Source: Selaginella moellendorffii
Lineage: Eukaryota > Plantae > Lycopodiophyta
DNA length: 64,000 nt
Assembly (NCBI RefSeq): GCF_000143415.4
Contig: NW_003314284.1
Span: forward strand, 1,572,434-1,636,433
Direction of reading: 5' to 3'
The position numbers and the translations under genes are program-made. Under the pieces are notes generated by a model, which had not been told where the DNA came from, did not search any database, and was given only the letters and a program-made list of their open reading frames with translations. Below are positions 62,472 to 64,000 of this stretch, piece by piece (position 1 is the stretch's first letter; every line of letters begins with the position of its first letter).

Positions 62472-64000
62472 TCACATATCCGCAACAGACCACAGATACG
62501 CCGTGTCCACCATCGCCTTCTTCTCGTTCTGCTGCTTGAACAGCTTCTCCTCAAACCCATTGCTGCGATCCACGCCATCCCAGTGCCTCCCCGGCCGGAT
62601 GTTATACCGGTTTGGCGTCGCGGCGTGGCCGCGCTTGAGCCAGCTATGGGCCGGCACTCCCTGCGGAACGTTAAACCCGGACTCCCTCATCTTGTCGCTC
62701 CTGCCAAAGTCTTCCAGCCCCAGCAGTACCTCGTCCGTCTGCTTCACCAGATGAGCCATGGGATCCCCCCAGCGCACTCTGTTCTTGTAGATGGCGTCCA
62801 GATCGTCCTTGCTGCGAGCAAAAGGCTTGTCTTTCTCGGCCTCGATCTCCTCCCGCCGCTTCTCGGCCTCCCTCTTCTGCGCCAGCCCCGTCCCCCACTC
62901 GAGCGGCTTCTCCGGCTCCTTGGCAGGGCCTTTCTGCTGCTTCATCAGCTCCTCCAGCCCCGCCAGCCTCCGCCCGTGCTTGTCCCTGTATACCGTCTCG
63001 GCACCACGCCCCGTGAGCGTCGAGTCGAGCTGCTTGAATCTCCTCGCGTCCTGGGACTGCTTCTCGGTTATCTCGTGCCGGAGCTCCGAGCCTGTCTTGA
63101 GCCCGGCCTTGGCCTTGTCCGAGGCGTCGTCAACCCGGCCACGCCGTGGTGGTGAGAGGTCGCTGGTGCTCCGACGACGAGGCGGAGATAGATCTTCTCC
63201 CCGGCTTCGACGAGGTGGAGATAAGTCCCCGCCGCCACCTTTGCGACGAGGAGATAAATCCCTTCCACTCTTCCGGCGAGGCGGAGATAAGTCCTCGGTG
63301 TCTGTCCGCTGCCTGCGACGGGGTGGAGATAAGTCACTGCCGCCAGCTTTGCGACGACGCGGAGATAAGTCGCTTCCATTCCTCCGGCGAGGAGGAGACA
63401 AGTCCTCCCTGCGACGGGGTGGAGATGTGTCTGTCCGTGGCCTGTGACGGGGTGGAGATAAGTCACCGCCGCCAGCTTTGCGACGAGGAGATAAGTCGCT
63501 TCCACTCCTTCGGCGTGGCGGGGATAAGTCCTCAGTGTCTGTCCGCTGCCTACGACGGGGTGGAGATAAGTCGTCGCCGCCAGCTTTGCTCCGGCGTGGC
63601 GGGGATAAGTCCTCGGTGTCTCTCCGCTGTCTCCGACGGGGGGGAGATAAATCTACTACTTCTTCTGCCTGGTTTCTTCCACGAGGACTCTCAGACCGCC
63701 GCCGCCGCCTCCGTGGCGGAGATAAATCTTCTGCCTCTGCTTGGCTCCTTCTTCGACGAGGAGGACTCTCTGATGCGTCTCTCCGCCGAAGAGGAGATAA
63801 ATCTTGTTGCCTGCTTCGACGAGGAGGAGATAAGTCCGTTAAGTCGGCTTCGCTTCTACGAGGTGGCGATAAATCCTCGTCTCCACTCCGAGCAGGAGAT
63901 CCACCACCTCGAGACCGTCGTGCTGGAGACAAATCTGGAGTGTCCTGACGAGTACGTCGAGGTGGTGTTAGGTCCTCCTGGTCGCGCCTTCGTCGTGGAG
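62472..64000 (-). CDS. BUD13: BUD13 homolog (RES splicing complex); 5' end lies beyond the window
   Basis: Tandem DLSPPRR repeats followed by GRGAETVYRD, WGxGLAQ, RWGDPMA and NRYNIRPGRHWDGVDRSNGFE...AYLWSVADM. The frame stays open to the window edge. Confidence 0.95.
   Translation of the reverse strand, partial: PRRRRDQEDLTPPRRTRQDTPDLSPARRSRGGGSPARSGDEDLSPPRRSEADLTDLSPPRRSRQQDLSPLRRRDASESPPRRRRSQAEAEDLSPPRRRRRRSESPRGRNQAEEVVDLSPPRRRQRRDTEDLSPPRRSKAGGDDLSPPRRRQRTDTEDLSPPRRRSGSDLSPRRKAGGGDLSPPRHRPRTDTSPPRRREDLSPPRRRNGSDLSPRRRKAGGSDLSPPRRRQRTDTEDLSPPRRKSGRDLSPRRKGGGGDLSPPRRSRGEDLSPPRRRSTSDLSPPRRGRVDDASDKAKAGLKTGSELRHEITEKQSQDARRFKQLDSTLTGRGAETVYRDKHGRRLAGLEELMKQQKGPAKEPEKPLEWGTGLAQKREAEKRREEIEAEKDKPFARSKDDLDAIYKNRVRWGDPMAHLVKQTDEVLLGLEDFGRSDKMRESGFNVPQGVPAHSWLKRGHAATPNRYNIRPGRHWDGVDRSNGFEEKLFKQQNEKKAMVDTAYLWSVADM

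Noticed and set aside
62463-63948. Plus-strand RRGGDKS repeat ORFs
   Set aside because: Antisense reading of the BUD13 DLSPPRR repeats.

Overview
Compact land-plant nuclear DNA, most consistent with the lycophyte Selaginella (inferred from 45-110 bp introns, intronless PLS-type PPR genes, GC-rich genes ~60-140 bp apart, and a Crinkler-type gene). There are two GC-rich gene islands. The first (~17.2-26.6 kb) holds a Crinkler REase-kinase, ABCI20, a PPR gene and an acidic N-acylated repeat protein. The second (~52.3-64 kb) holds a PHAX-like fragment, RPS10, a tonoplast dicarboxylate transporter, non-specific phospholipase C, a PPR gene and BUD13. Between and around them are AT-rich, TE-dense blocks: copia and Helitron relics, three decayed tRNA genes, a full-length non-coding copia-derived LTR element, a gypsy element carrying a nested truncated LINE, a minisatellite-bearing solo LTR, and heavily C->T/G->A-decayed older copies. 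The most unusual signal is a pair of intact, intronless, very AT-rich ORFs (34875-35756 and 59331-60239). Each encodes a signal peptide, an unrelated unknown ~130-150 aa domain, and a homologous bulb-type (GNA) lectin domain, which is a polymorphic-effector-like architecture. All calls were made by eye and no database searches were run.
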